64,000 bases of DNA from positions 20,956,001 to 21,020,000 of the forward strand of contig NC_043009.1 in assembly GCF_006345805.1 (NCBI RefSeq), written 5' to 3'. Below the pieces are notes generated by a model. That model saw only the letters and a list, made by a program, of their open reading frames with translations, had not been told where the DNA came from and did no database searches. Origin of the DNA: Octopus sinensis. Taxonomy: Eukaryota. Below are positions 12,208-24,935 of this stretch, piece by piece (the first letter of the stretch is position 1; each line of letters starts with the position of its first letter). Position numbers and translations under genes: made by a program.

Positions 12208-12243
12208 AATCCATTCATTTTGCCCAGAAACTTTAACAACTAA

Positions 12244-12469
12244 TGTGTCTGGGAAGAGTCATTTTCTTTTTGTGCCTTATTATGTAACACTCACCAGTAA
12301 AATTTCCACGTTTTTCTTATTTTTATTGTCCTAAAATTTTTGTTGCGTGAAAAGGTTGCAAGACACATCGAAAATTTTAAGACAATAAAAATAAGAAAGA
12401 CGTGGAAGTTTTATTGGTGAGTGTGTTACATAATAAGGCACAAAAAGAAAATGACTCTCCCCAGACACA
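12244..12469. repeat. Fold-back/MITE-like element with ~100-bp inverted arms
   Basis: TGTGTCTGGGAAGAGTCATTTTC...CCTAAAATTTT is the near-perfect reverse complement of AAAATTTTAAG...GAAAATGACTCTCCCCAGACACA. Spacer ~25 nt. Confidence 0.85.
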
Positions 12470-12621
12470 ACAGAATATGCTTTAACACACAAACTCATAT
12501 AAAGAATCTTGCAAACCAAATCCAAAAACGAAATTTAACAACTAAATTCTATGGGAAATGAATCTTCACAAATGAGTCATAAATATACAAGTCAAAAGTC
12601 CCTCTTCAAGCAAGGAGATTC

Positions 12622-12660
<39 letters not shown>

Positions 12661-12897
12661 TGTGTGTGTAAGGCCATAGGTTAGTTACTTAGCTATTAAA
12701 CTCTGTTGAAATATCTGGAGAGGAAGATCAATAGGTAGAAGCAGTTCTAAAGTTGATAAGTTAATGATGATGATGATGATATTTGTGATGGTGATAAGGC
12801 TTGGAATGATGATTATAATTGTAATGGTGGTGGCAAGAGAAAGAAGAGGAAGATGAGAATTAAGAATATAAAAAAAAAAGGTACATTAGTACACTGG

Positions 12898-13298
12898 AGG
12901 TGCAAGTGTGACTGTGCGATAAGAAGCTTGCTCTCCCAACCACATGGTTCTAGGTTCAGTCTCGCTGTACAGCACCATAGGCAAGTATCTTCTACTATAG
13001 CCTTGGGCTGACCAAACTCTTGTGAGTGGATTTGGTAGATGGAAACTGAAAGAAGCCCACTGTATATATATATTATGTGTGTGTGTGTTTGAGTCTCTTT
13101 TGTCCCCCACCACCACTTGACAACAGGTGTTGGTGTGTTTATGTCCCCATCACTTAGCAGTTTGGCAAAGTGGACCAAGACAGTAAATACCAGGCTTAAA
13201 GAAAAAGTACTGGTTTTGATTCGTTTGACTAGAGATTCTTCTAGGTAGTGCCCCAGCATGGCCACAGTCTAATAAAATAAGCAAGTAAAAGATAAAAC
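12898..13298 (+). mobile_element. SINE family A, full-length diverged copy
   Basis: Head, central GGCAAG box, (TA)(GT) microsatellite and tail are colinear with 38383-38793. Confidence 0.8.
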
Positions 13299-13599
13299 AT
13301 AATGTTAATTTTCTTTAGTAAAAATGTTTTTATTTCCTTACGGTTTGCCTCTTTGCTTTGCAAATGTTTCAACATCGAAGTAGGAAGGTTCACTTTCAAT
13401 TGCTGCAGGACGCAGTCTGTGGCAACAACACAAAAAGAAAAAAAAAGCTTTTAAATCGAATCCTTGCAATACTGGTACAGGTCAAGTTGGTTAAGCTGAC
13501 CTAGGGCTATACTACACAAACAACATAACATTGTTTCCACATTGCATCAATATCTCAACAATGCTGTATATCAGGATGCTCACTCAATACATCATTCTA

Positions 13600-13815
13600 T
13601 TATTAACCACAATATATTCTTTTCTACTCTAAAGCACAAGGCCCAAAATTTTGGGGAGGGGGGGCGGTCGATAGATCAACCCCAGTACACAACTGAAAGA
13701 GGATGAAAGGCAAATTCGACCTCGGCGGAATTTGAACTCAGAACATAAAGGCAGATGAAATACCACTAAGCATTTCGCCTGGCGTGCTAACGTTTCTGTC
13801 AGTTTGCTGCCTTAT
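13600..13815 (-). mobile_element. SINE family B
   Basis: Reverse complement of GCAAACTGACAGAAACGTTAGCACGCCAGGCGAAATGCTTAG..GAGTTCAAATTCCGCCGAGGTCG. Related fragments near 9625-9720 and 42530-42720. Confidence 0.7.
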
Positions 13816-14157
13816 TAACCACAACATATTTTGTGAAATTTGGTTCCTTGTTGCTTGTGAATATAAGAAATGTGGAATAATAGATCTGCAAGAGTTGAAG
13901 CTTGTCCTATAACCAACTCCCTGAGTGTTACATGTCTTCTTGATTACGGTTTATTATATCAACACATCTCAAATTGAAGGTCTGTAGTGTGAGGAAGAAT
14001 TCCTCCTCCACCAATTGCAAAGTCTTGAGAAAGAGTCAGATGCAGCACCCTTTCTATTCCGACTAACAGATGAAAAATAAAAACATATAAATGGAATTTT
14101 GGGAACACATTTTTGAAGGTGAAATATCCACTGTGTTTTGTTAAGAAGCAGCTGTAC

Positions 14158-14286
14158 CTTAACATTTTCTCAACATTGAAGATATTGCCTGCAGACAAGG
14201 TTTTTTCTAGAATGACTGGAGGTTCCAGAACGCTTTCAAGATCAATTGAACTTTGGCTTCTTGAATATTCACTTTCACTTCGTGCC
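14158..14286 (-). CDS. Host gene exon K (129 nt, phase 2-2): ARSESEYSRSQSSIDLESVLEPPVILEKTLSAGNIFNVEKML
   Basis: Acceptor ggttttatttcag, donor AG|gtacag. The other two frames contain stops. Confidence 0.7.
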
Positions 14287-14555
14287 CTGAAATAAAACCA
14301 CGAGACTTAATATTTATTTTAACAATCCTTAGAACTGAAGTTTTGTGGATTAGTAAATTCTTTTGAATTTTGGACAAAATGACTTTCAGCATTTAGTTAC
14401 AGCTTTACATTCTGATTTGAAATCCCGAAAAGGTCAACTTTCACTTTCACTTTTCTGGGGTTGACAAAATATCAGATAAGTCCTGGGCTTGATTTAACCA
14501 ACTATATCCTCCACCCATAACATGTGTGGCTTTGTACCAATATTAGATAATATTC

Positions 14556-14784
14556 TGTTGGGGTGAAATCCTGATACCTCGGTGGGATAGCAAGTCAACT
14601 GCCCTAAACTGTATAAATGTGCATGCATACTGTCAGTGAGGACAGTGTGATGTGTGCAGGCGCTTTGTGAAGACTATTGTGGAAAAGAGATATTGTTTCT
14701 GGTTTATATTTGTATTGCTATAACCTTGTTATAAGTCCACATTATAAAGTGGCATATACAGTAAGTTCAAAGAAGGATATAACA
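14556..14784 (+). repeat. 5' LTR of the Mag-like element
   Basis: TGTTGGGGTGAAATCC...GGATATAACA, homologous to 18953-19510. Confidence 0.8.
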
Positions 14785-14825
14785 GTGTTGACAAAACTTC
14801 CGAAGCTCATGGAGGACATACTTAT

Positions 14826-17800
14826 GGAAGACTTGGTATGGAAGACTTGTTAGCTTCCATGGTTCGGTTGCAATGGAAACTACAACAACAACAGCAGCAA
14901 CAGTTGCAACGGCAACTACAACAGCAACAAGAACAACAGAAACAGCAAGAACAGGTACAACAGCAACAACAACAACAACAACAAAATCAACAGTTGTTGG
15001 AATTATTGCTGCAGTCAAAAAACACTTCAGCTTCACTTTTGGCAGACATGGTTGCTAATTCAATTGAAGAATTTAAGTATAACCCAGAAGGGATTAAAAT
15101 GAAGAGTGTAAAAGCTGGATGGATGAAAAATAGGTATGTCTTCATTTAAGGAAATTATCACCAGCAGAACATGAAAAGTTTTGTAATTACATCTTGCTGA
15201 GAAAACCATCTGAAATTTGTTTTGAGGAAACAGTTAAGCTATTATCTAAAATATTCAGTGAAAGATGTTCACTATTTGATATTCACTGGGATTGGCTAAA
15301 TTTAAAGAAAAAAAGAAATGGAAGATTTCATCACATATGCCAGAATCGTAAATAGAGAATGAGAAAAATTTAAACTCGATGAATTAAGCCCAGACATGTT
15401 TAAATGTTTAATCTTCGTACAAGGATTAATGGCAACTAAAGATGCAGAAAGGGTTCGAATAGTGACAAAGCTTGAGCAAGAGTCAAAACTAACCCTACAA
15501 ATAGTGGCTGAAGAATGCCAAAGAATTATAAATCTACAACAGGATGCAGAAAAAATTGAGAAAGATTATTCAAATATACATACGTGTCGACTAGTAACAG
15601 ATACGGAAAAAGAAAAACAGCAGTCGATACCCAAACCATGTTATGCATGTGGAGAAATACATTTCAAAAGAGACTGTCCTTCTAGGATTCTAAAATGTTT
15701 TGGATGTGGAAAAATTGGACACAAGAATTCATATTGTTGGGTGAAACCAAAAAGGCTGAATGAAAAAAATTCAAGAAAAAAAGTAGTCAACACAAATGCA
15801 AAGCAAGGCACAAAAAAGAAAATTTGTCTCTATGACAAAAAATAATGTGTAATATGAGACTACGGTTGGACACAGGTATTGACATCACAGTAATTAATGA
15901 GGATAATGGAAAAAAAATAGGAAGGCCTACACTGAAAAAAACTGCGAAAATGGCAAGAGGCATCTCGGGAAAACAACTGTGATTTTTGGGCCAAATGATT
16001 CGAGAGGTAACATTTCAAGGGAAAACGTTGAAAGCTAAAGTTTTTGTATCAGAAAATACAATGGACCCTTTTAGCACAGACTGGATAGAATTGTTTAATT
16101 TATGGAAGCCCCCCATAAATATTTTTTGCAATAATGTAAACGGTTATAATGCCATTAAAAATAAAGTGTCAGAAGATTTAGAAAAGAAATTGAGAAAGAT
16201 TTCTCCTGATGTTTTTCCAGAAGAATTAGGAAGATGTACCAAGACAAAAGTAAAATTTCAAGTAAAAGAAAACACCATACCAATGTTTAAACTGAAGCAA
16301 GCTGTACCTTTCACAGCATTGAATCAAGTCAGTGAGGAATTAGACAGGCTAGAAAAGCTGGGAGTCATAGAAAAAGTGGATTATTCCGAATGGCAGCACC
16401 AACTGTTTATTATGTAAAGAAAACGATAACAAAATACGAGCATGCGCAGACTTTTTAACAGGTTTGAACGAATGTTTAAGGACACACAATTATCCACTAC
16501 CAAGCTCAGAGGTGAAACTTAATGGAGGAAAATTTTTCTCAAAATTGAACTTGTCGGAGGCATAGTTACAGTTACAAGTTGAGGAAGAATGTTCAAAATT
16601 ATTAACAATAAACACTCATAAAGGTTTATATAAATTCAATCAACTTCTTTTCGGGATAAAGGTGGCACCTAGTATTTTCCAACAGGTGATGGACACAATG
16701 TTTGCAGATATGGATTTTGTTATAACATATTTGGATGATATATTCATAAAAAGTAAGTCTAGCGGTCAGCATGAGGAACATGTTAAAATGGTTATTGAGA
16801 AGATAAAGGAGTATGGATTCAAACTTAGCAAGGAAAAAAAGCAAACTTTTCATGTCAGAAATAAAGTGTCTTGAGCATGTTATCTATAAAAAATGGTCGC
16901 AGGTCAGATCCTTCAAGATTGATGGCAATAAAAAAATATGTCTACCCTGAAAAATATTACATTACAAGCATTCTTAGGGCTTGTGAACTATTACCAAACA
17001 TGCAACAGCTAAAAGCACCCCTAAACAACCTATTTAAAAAAAGGCATAAAATGGTATTGGTCAGACAGGTGTTAAAAAGCATTCAAAGAAATTTAAACAG
17101 TTTTAACATCAGAACTGTCATTATCGCACTTTGAACCAAATTTAAAAATAGTAGTAGCATCAAATGCTAGCGAAAGTGGTATACGAGTAGTAATTCTATA
17201 TAAGTACAAAGATGGTAGCATAAAGCCCATCACTCATGCTTCATGTTCATTGTTGGCGGCTGAAAAAACTACAGCCAAATTGAGGAGGCACTGGCCATTA
17301 TTTTTGTGGTGAAAAAATTTCACAAATTCATACATAGAAGGAAATTCAGTCTGCAAACAGATCACTGCCCATTGTTATCAATTTACAGATTGAAAAAGGG
17401 TATCTCCACATATACAGCCAACCAAATTGTAGTGTTGGGGGACGATCCTGCTAAATTAAGATTTTAAGATGGAATTTTTACCATCAAAAAAAATTAGGAC
17501 AATCGGATGGGCTGTGAAAATTGATTCCTAAATACAACGAACTGTTAGAGGACATAGTAATAGCGGCATTAAAAGCCAAAATCAGAATAAAAAATATACT
17601 CTGCAACACAGTATGTTAACTACCTGTCACTTTAGAAGAAATAAAAATTAAAGCAAAGAAGGATGCATTCATATTAAAAATGAAAAAATAGTGAAGTTTG
17701 AAACAAATACAAAAACTCATGTAACTGAGCATAACACAGTTTCGAAATGGTATTCGATATGTAATAACGTACTTATGTATGCTCAAAGGGTTGTAATACC

Positions 17801-18710
17801 TGTTTCTTTGCAAAACCGTATGTTAAAAGAATTCCACATGGGACACCCAGGAATCATGAGAATGAAAGCTTTGATGAAAAACTATATTTACTGGCCAAAT
17901 ATGGATCAGGATATTGAAAAATTGGTGAAAGCCTGCAGGGATTGTGCCTTGGCAGCAAAAGCACCACCTGTAAAAATTCAACCTTGGTCCAACACTGACA
18001 TACTTTGGTCAAGATTACACATAGACTTTGCAGGACTGTTAAATGGAGGGTTTTATCCAATAGTCATGGATAGTTACACGAAATGGCCAGAATATGTAAA
18101 AGTGGGAAGCCAGCCTCCAAAGTAACAATGGAATTTCTGAATGAACATTTTGCACGATATAGCAACCCAGACACTATAGCGTCCAATAATGGAACACAAT
18201 TCATGTCAAAGGAATTTAAAAACTTTTGCAAAATGCATGCATTGGAGCATATTACTACTTTGTCGTACCATCCGAGATTGAATGAACTAGTGGTACGTTT
18301 TGTAGACATGTTTAAAAGAGCACTGAAAAAAATCTAGAAATGAGCTACCAGCTGATACTACATTAATGCAATTCTTAAGTGTCTACCGAATAACAACTAA
18401 CCCCAACACCACATCAGGTATATTGCTGGCTGAACTAATGTTTGCCAGGAAAGTCAGATCAGTATTTGACAAATTACTGCTGGGAAGAAAAGAAAAAAGG
18501 GAGAGAAACACTGAAAATAAGATGAAATACTTCAAAATTGGTGAGCAGGGTTTTTTTTTTAAATATACAGAAATGAAAAGTTGTGAAGAAGGTATAATAA
18601 GTAAATGTTTAGGAAAAATAATGTACATGGTAAAAGGTCATAAGTGGGAACACAAGAGACACTTAAACCAACTGAAAAGAAGGGTTTATAGAAGAAAGAA
18701 TAGGATGTGA
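14826..18710 (+). pseudogene. gag-pol relic of the Mag-like element
   Basis: ORF fragments 14838-15149, 15396-15845, 15986-16417, 16662-16874, 17691-18125, 18083-18337, 18366-18710 carry gag, PR, RT and IN motifs. Confidence 0.85.
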
Positions 18711-18952
18711 AGAGCCAATGGAATTTCTTTGTGACATTTTTGATGTTTCGATATCCCAAGGAATAACTGAACTGAGTACAGCAACTAAAAAAAGAAAGCA
18801 AACAGAACTTTTGCAAGTAGACCCAAAACAAAAAAAAAAATATTCCATTTTCTTCCCAGGGAATTGCAGAAAGTGTGTGTATGGGGGGGAAGAGGTGGTA
18901 ATAAAGATGATAGATAAAATAAAAATATTAACTTCCAAAGAAAGTCAGGAGG

Positions 18953-19510
18953 TGTGGTGGTGAAATCCTGACACCTCTGTGAGATAGCAAGTCAACCTTC
19001 GTCAACCATATAAAGATGCATGTGCACTATCAGCGAGGACAGTGTGGTGTGTGCAGTGCTTTGTGAAGACAGTCGTAGAAGTTGTTGAGAAGAGATATTG
19101 TTTGTTATGTGTTATTTCTGATTTATATTTGTATTGTTATAACTTTGTTATGTGGAGGTGCAATGGCCCAGTGGTTAGGGCAGCGGACTCGCGGTCGTAG
19201 GATCATGGTTTCAATTCCCAGACCGAGTGGCGTGAGTGTTTATTGAGTGAAAACACCTAAAGCTCCACGAGGCTCCGGCAGGGGGTGGTGGCGATCCCTG
19301 CTGTACTCTTTCTTCTGTTGGCCTTCTTGCTTAGCCAGCAGGGTGGCATCATTTGAAGGCTAAAACAATGCTAAAACAATGCGAAGCACATTGTGACCAG
19401 CAATGTGTAGCAACATCTGATAGCCTGGTCATAGAAGAAGAAAAAATAACCTTGTTATACGTCCACGTTATAAAGTGGCATATACAGTGAGTTCAAAGAA
19501 GGACATAACA
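18953..19510 (+). repeat. 3' LTR interrupted by a SINE
   Basis: TGTGGTGGTGAAATCC... resumes after the SINE with ATAACCTTGTTAT...GGACATAACA. Confidence 0.8.
19152..19444 (+). mobile_element. tRNA-derived SINE family C with a 13-bp TSD
   Basis: GTGGAGGTGCAATGGCCCAGTGGTTAGGGCAGCGGACTC (A box)...GGTTTCAATTCC (B box). Flanked by ATAACTTTGTTAT / ATAACCTTGTTAT, which is single-copy in the 5' LTR. Confidence 0.85.
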
Positions 19511-19881
19511 GTGTTGACAAGACACAACATATTCAAAGTCAAATAGTCACTTCCTTCTTTCAATAATGGGCTACAGTGATAGTAAACCTTAACAAACACA
19601 AACATAGCTGTGTACATCCTGGTTTGATCCAACTGTGGAGCAATTCAGGCAAGTGTCTTTACTTTGGTGACTGATACCTTTTCACTACAAATTGATTAAT
19701 GAAATCTCTGCAGAAATCATGAGTTAGATGGGATGTTTTGTGACAGAGTTTTAAGACTGGATACTCTTTCTGATGCTAACTATTTTAGTTGTCTTCTACA
19801 ACTTGCAAGGATATATTTGATGATGATGATGAAAATACACTCACACAAATATATATGTAAACTTCCTGTCACAAGCCTCAC

Positions 19882-19936
19882 TTGTTTTTATGCAAAGTAA
19901 CATTTTCTGTTTGTCTGCGCATGCTTTCACAGAACG
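19882..19936 (-). CDS. Candidate host exon J (55 nt; phase 1-2 reads FCESMRRQTENVTLHKN)
   Basis: ctgac branch-like word, ttttttgcag acceptor, AA|gtgagg donor. Exit phase matches exon K. Confidence 0.45.
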
Positions 19937-19994
19937 CTGCAAAAAATGTCAGCACTCATATGATGTAATTCGCTTGTGATGTCAAAACAAGAAC

Positions 19995-20150
19995 ACACAC
20001 ACACACAGCAAGCGTCTTTTTAGTTTTTATCTATCAAACTCACTTGCAAGTTTTGGGTCACCCAGGGACTACAAGTAGAAGCCACTTGCCCAAGGTGCTG
20101 TGCAATGGCACTGAACCCAGAATTGCAAGGTTGTGAAGTGAACTTCTTAA
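19995..20150 (-). mobile_element. SINE family A head, diverged
   Basis: Reverse complement of GGTTCAGTGCCATTGCACAGCACCTTGGGCAAGTGGCTTC. Confidence 0.6.
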
Positions 20151-20195
20151 AAACACCATTATGTTTCTCTCTCTCTCTTTCTATGCATACATACA

Positions 20196-20247
<52 letters not shown>

Positions 20248-21069
20248 TGTGTGTGTGTATATATATATATGCGTGTGTGTGTGTGTGCATATAATAAAAT
20301 GAGTGGTTTACACCTGGTAGCTTACTGGTAAAGCACAGTCACTTTCACAGTGATCATTAGGTATATGGCAAATTTTGAGTAACCGTTAACTTAATTTAAT
20401 TTACTTTAAGGTATGGATGACTTAAGTTTACTATTAACCTCCCCATTCTTATAAACACCAAGTAGATAGCTAACTTGTTTTGTGATAATGAGTGCACCAA
20501 GCCTCACGTGTGCGTATGCTCACATTTTTGCGGATGCTTATATGAGCGAGTGTACTCTGTCAACTCCCTCAGCTCCCTTCCTAAAAGACACTGCTCCTTG
20601 TTCATTTGGTCTTATATATACAAAGATTTGATAAAACTAGTCTATAAATTAAAACTGACCCCATAAAACAGTGACAAGCAAAACCTGTAACAAGTCTTTC
20701 TTCCTGATACATTAGTAGCTGCTAAGTTGAAGTGAAGACAGCATGTTCTTTGTCTATCTCCTTATCTTCTTGGAGATTTTAGATAAAATTATACCAATGT
20801 ATACCAATTTAATTAAATTATATGTCTTTATGCAGCTGAAGATTGCTCTGCATTTAATTTAATATAATGACTGCATTGTTCAATTAAATGGAGTTGCTTG
20901 AAATGATCGTACTGCATTACCTCTGGATATATATATATCAAGTAAGATCTTCATTAATTCTGATAAGACAAGGAACTTATATGCACTTGATAAGGACGTT
21001 TACAAGCGTCTAATTTCGAATAGTATCACAGACACATACAAAAAAGATAACACAAATATATACAAAGAG

Positions 21070-22739
21070 GTGAATTTGGAAACAAGGAGAATAGCTAACA
21101 ATCTTAAGAGTAGTGATAGGATAGAATATCTTTCCCCACGACCAGCTTTTATTACACTAAAAGACCATAAAGCCAATTTTAATAGAAACCCCAAATGTAG
21201 ATTGATAAATCCGGCTAAAACTGAGATAGGCATTATTAGCAAATATATTTTGGACTGTATCTTAACTAAGTTAGATAGTGAATTAGATTTGAGAATTTGG
21301 AAGAATAGTAAGTCAGTTATAGAGTGGTTTAAAGGGATTAGCTATAAGCATAATTGCAGTTTTACGCAGTTCGATATTATTGACTTTTACCTGTCAATAT
21401 CTAGGGCTTTACTCCTAAGGGCATTGGACTTCGCCAAGTAGTATGTCGACATCAGTAGCTCGGAAATTGATATCATCATACATGCGAGGAAATCACTTCT
21501 TTTTTTCGAGGATTCCACCTGGATTAAGAAGGGTGAGGTTTCTCTTTTCGATGTACCGATGGGGGCATACGACGGGGCTGAGTTATATATGCTTATAGGA
21601 GCCTTTATTCTTCATAATCTAAAAATAGAATTCCCATTTATAGATGCAGGTTTATATAGGGATGACGGCCTTATAGCCACCCATAATTTAAACGGCCATG
21701 AATCAGATAGACTTAGGAAGGACCTTATTGCTTTCTTCCAAAGGATGGGCTTACGGGTTACAATAGATACTAACCTGAAAAGTGTAGATTTTTTAGATGT
21801 AAATTTTAATATAAGGTCGAATAGATCTAAACCTTACCGTAAGCCCAATGACAAGCTATCATATATTAGCAAAGATTCGAACCATCTGCCAGTTGTCCTT
21901 AGGAACTTAGTCAGCAATGTAGGTAGAAGAATATCATCAATTTCTTCGGATGAGTCAGCATTCCATAATGGTGCACCTTATTACGATAGCACCTTAAGGA
22001 ATAGTGGATTCTCTGATAAGATCCAGTACAACCAGCTTAATGCTGGTAGTAATGCTGCGCACAGAATTAGGACCAGGAAAGTTTTGTGGTTCAACCCAGC
22101 TTTCAATTTGGCCGTAAAAACTAACATAGGTAGGGAATTCTTGAAATTAGTCATTTTAGGCATTTTAAGCAGGACCATAAATTCTATAGAATATTTAATA
22201 GAAGAACCCTTAAGATTAGCTTTTCTTGTTGCAGAAATTTTGCCTCTTACATTAGCCAGCACAATAGGAATTTAATTGATATTAAGCATGGTGCCGATCC
22301 CATTAAGAAAAGCAATTGTAAAGAGGAATGTTTGGTAAAAGGGGTCGTTTATAGAGCCAAGGCGCAAATAGAAGGCTCATCGGAATACAAGACCTAAACA
22401 GGGGCTTCAGAAAATTCGTTTAAAATGCGATTTTATTCGCATAAAAATTCATTTAGATACCCAGAAAATAGGAAGAAGACCAGCCTAGCAAAATATGTTT
22501 GGGAACTAAAAGAAAAGGAAGCCCCACCTTTCAACGTGACATGGAGCATTCTGGATAGAGCGGCACCATACAGGCACGGGGCACACAAGAAAAATTTTAA
22601 ATGCAATCTTTGTTTGTTAAAAAATTTTTATATTTTATTCAAAGACAATAATTCTTTGAATCAAAGAAGCGAAATTTTGAACTCATGCAGGCACGCAACC
22701 AAATTCAAAATGTCAAACATAAATATCCCATATGGATAG
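21070..22739 (+). pseudogene. PLE1 RT-GIY-YIG ORF (stops and frameshifts)
   Basis: ORF pieces 21070-21441, 21559-22275 and 22425-22739. Confidence 0.88.
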
Positions 22740-23892
22740 CGTATATTTTGTCTTTTTGAATTTTGATTCTTGGACTAGTCTTTAATCACACCGATGGATT
22801 TGTTTCGCGCTATGCAGATTTCATTCCGCATAGCAAAATCTTGTGCATATATTTTGCTTATATTTCTACATATTCCTTAGGAAAAACCTTCGACTTTGTT
22901 TATTTCATTCTATTATATTGTATAGGCTTACTTTGGTATTTAATTTATAGATAATCCAATATAGGGTGTTATACTTTGCATGTCTTTCATCTAATTCTTA
23001 TTATTATGCACTCACCATTTTTAAAAAACAATGTTGTCAGATCTTAGGCATTTTTATGTAAATATGTGTATTGGCATGAATATGTATTTGTAAGCATACG
23101 TCTTTGTATATGTGTAAGTAAGCGTATGTTTGTACTTAAGCACATACATACACGAATGTATGTGTATGCATGTATCCACTTGGGTGTGTGTGTTTGCATA
23201 CTTGTCTCTATATATGTGTCAGTATATGTGCTCACATAATTTTTCTTCTTTCCTTTCCTTCTTTTTCCCTTCTCTCTTTTTCTTTTTTTCTCTCTCTTCC
23301 TTTCTTTCGTTTTTTTCTCTCCCTATTCGTTACTTGTATAGAGCCCTGTAACTTTACGTCCCCCTCCCCCTCCCTTACTTATGTCTTTAGCTTTATGTTG
23401 TAAATAAGAACGCCCCTTCCCCATCCATGAATTTAGCTTATAGTCTATATGGATACAGTGATTTTGCATGCGAGCTAGATTGCGTATACATATGCGTACA
23501 TGCATATGTGTGTATATTTTAGTTTTGTATTTATATGTCTGTATATGTATGTGGTCTGCGCACATCTATCTGTGTATGTTGATGTATATATGTATAGTTT
23601 AGTATGAGTATGTACTGTTGTGTAATATTTTAATGCATTTTAATATTTTAATTTCAATTTCCATGTATTAATTATATTTTCTTTATTAATGACAGTATGT
23701 ATGTATTTGATGTAAGGTTTTTTCCTCGACTTTTATAATTTTATATATATATATATATTTTTTTTTGAGTTCATTTTTGTTTATCGCTCGAAATTGACCG
23801 TTATTTGAAAGGACCAATCAAACAAGTCCATTTTTAAAGGTGTAGCATTTATACTAGTCTTGATAGAATTGTCATATCGGTTCTATTCTAGC

Positions 23893-23940
23893 AAAAACTG
23901 TCCGACGAACGGGAATGGGAAACTCAGAGTAACAGGTTTT
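23893..23940 (+). ncRNA. Degenerate type I hammerhead motif in the PLE1 3' region
   Basis: AAAAACTGT-CCGACGA-ACGGGAATGG-GAAA-CTCAGAG-TA-ACAGGTTTT. Helix I and a palindromic helix III are present; the core has U4>C and helix II a closing mismatch. Confidence 0.6.
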
Positions 23941-24149
23941 GTTGAATTTTCTGCTGCTTTTAAATAAAGCATATTACTCTACCCCTGGTATTTGAGTACT
24001 CTTTTTTCCACCTTGTTTCACATTTATGTGTTTACTCCGGTATATATATATATATATATATATATATAACCCCTTTCTATCAAACGAAATACCTGGAGAA
24101 GCTTCTCTCTCAGATCAGCCTTAGTCCAATTAAACTGCTCTTTTCTGAC

Positions 24150-24935
24150 AGCAAAGGTAAAAATAATCTTCCCTGATTTTAAAATTCTGAGTTTTTACAG
24201 ACAGACCCACAGATCAATGTTTTGGCATACTTACACAAATGTGCCCCCCCACCATGGCTTTGTTTCCTCATAACTTTCAGAAGAGTGGATGCTTTTTCAA
24301 TGAAATTTTCTTGATTATTTTGGAATTTAATGTGAAAAAATTTTTTGGAGTGGTGGGGAAGAAGAGTTTCGGATAAGTCATACAAATGGACTCTGTTTCT
24401 TCGTAACTTTTGACATTTTCTCATAACTTTAAGAAAAATTGGCATTTTTTAATGAAATTTTCTACGAATACTTTTCAGATGGCGTAGATTAGGCTTATGT
24501 TGAAATTTAAATTGGGAAAAAAAAATTTTGTGGGCACATTTACATACATACTGACATACATCACATTTTCTCAAAGTTTCATTTTGTAGCTATATAAATG
24601 ATGTGTCTGTACAACTAACTATTTTCTTTTCCAGTTCTACTTTAAATTCTGATACAATCGTAAATGAAACAATCAGAAAAGTATTTGTAGAAGATTTCAT
24701 TGAAAAGGTGTCCATTTTTCTGAAAGCTATGAAGCAACAAAGTTGACTTGTATAAATCATGGGAAACTCCTCTCTCCTCCCTTTTGAAAGATTTTTCTCT
24801 AAGAATCTTGATATGATCAGAATCTACATGATCTGAAGGATATTTGTAGAAAATTTCATTAAAAAATATCCATTTTTCTGAAAGCTATGAAGCAACAAAT
24901 TTGACTTATATAAATCATCTGAAACTCCTCTCTTC
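24150..24935. repeat. Unclassified interspersed repeat with a ~150-bp internal duplication
   Basis: GAAAGCTATGAAGCAACAAA(G/T)TTGACTT.TATAAATCAT..GAAACTCCTCTCT occurs near 24720 and 24880; AATGAAATTTTC words recur. Confidence 0.5.

Larger units (their letters stand above)
14556..19510 (+). mobile_element. Heavily decayed Ty3/Gypsy element, Mag/K02A2.6-like
   Basis: Related LTRs 14556-14784 and 18953-19510, PPT before the 3' LTR, Q-rich gag with two CCHC knuckles (CYACGEIHFKRDC, CFGCGKIGHKNSYC), RT YLDD, integrase FHMGHPG..C..C, LHIDFAG. Many stops and frameshifts. Confidence 0.9.
20940..24041 (+). mobile_element. Penelope-like element 1 (RT + GIY-YIG, 5'-truncated, TA-flanked, long 3' region)
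   Basis: KCRLINPAK, FDIIDFYLSI, MGAYDGAE, YRDDG, FLDVNF RT motifs. C-terminal GVVYRA..TGASENSFKMRFYSH..CNLCL..SCRH endonuclease. Both ends lie in (TA)n. Clade (possibly Hydra-like) is inferred. Confidence 0.9.
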
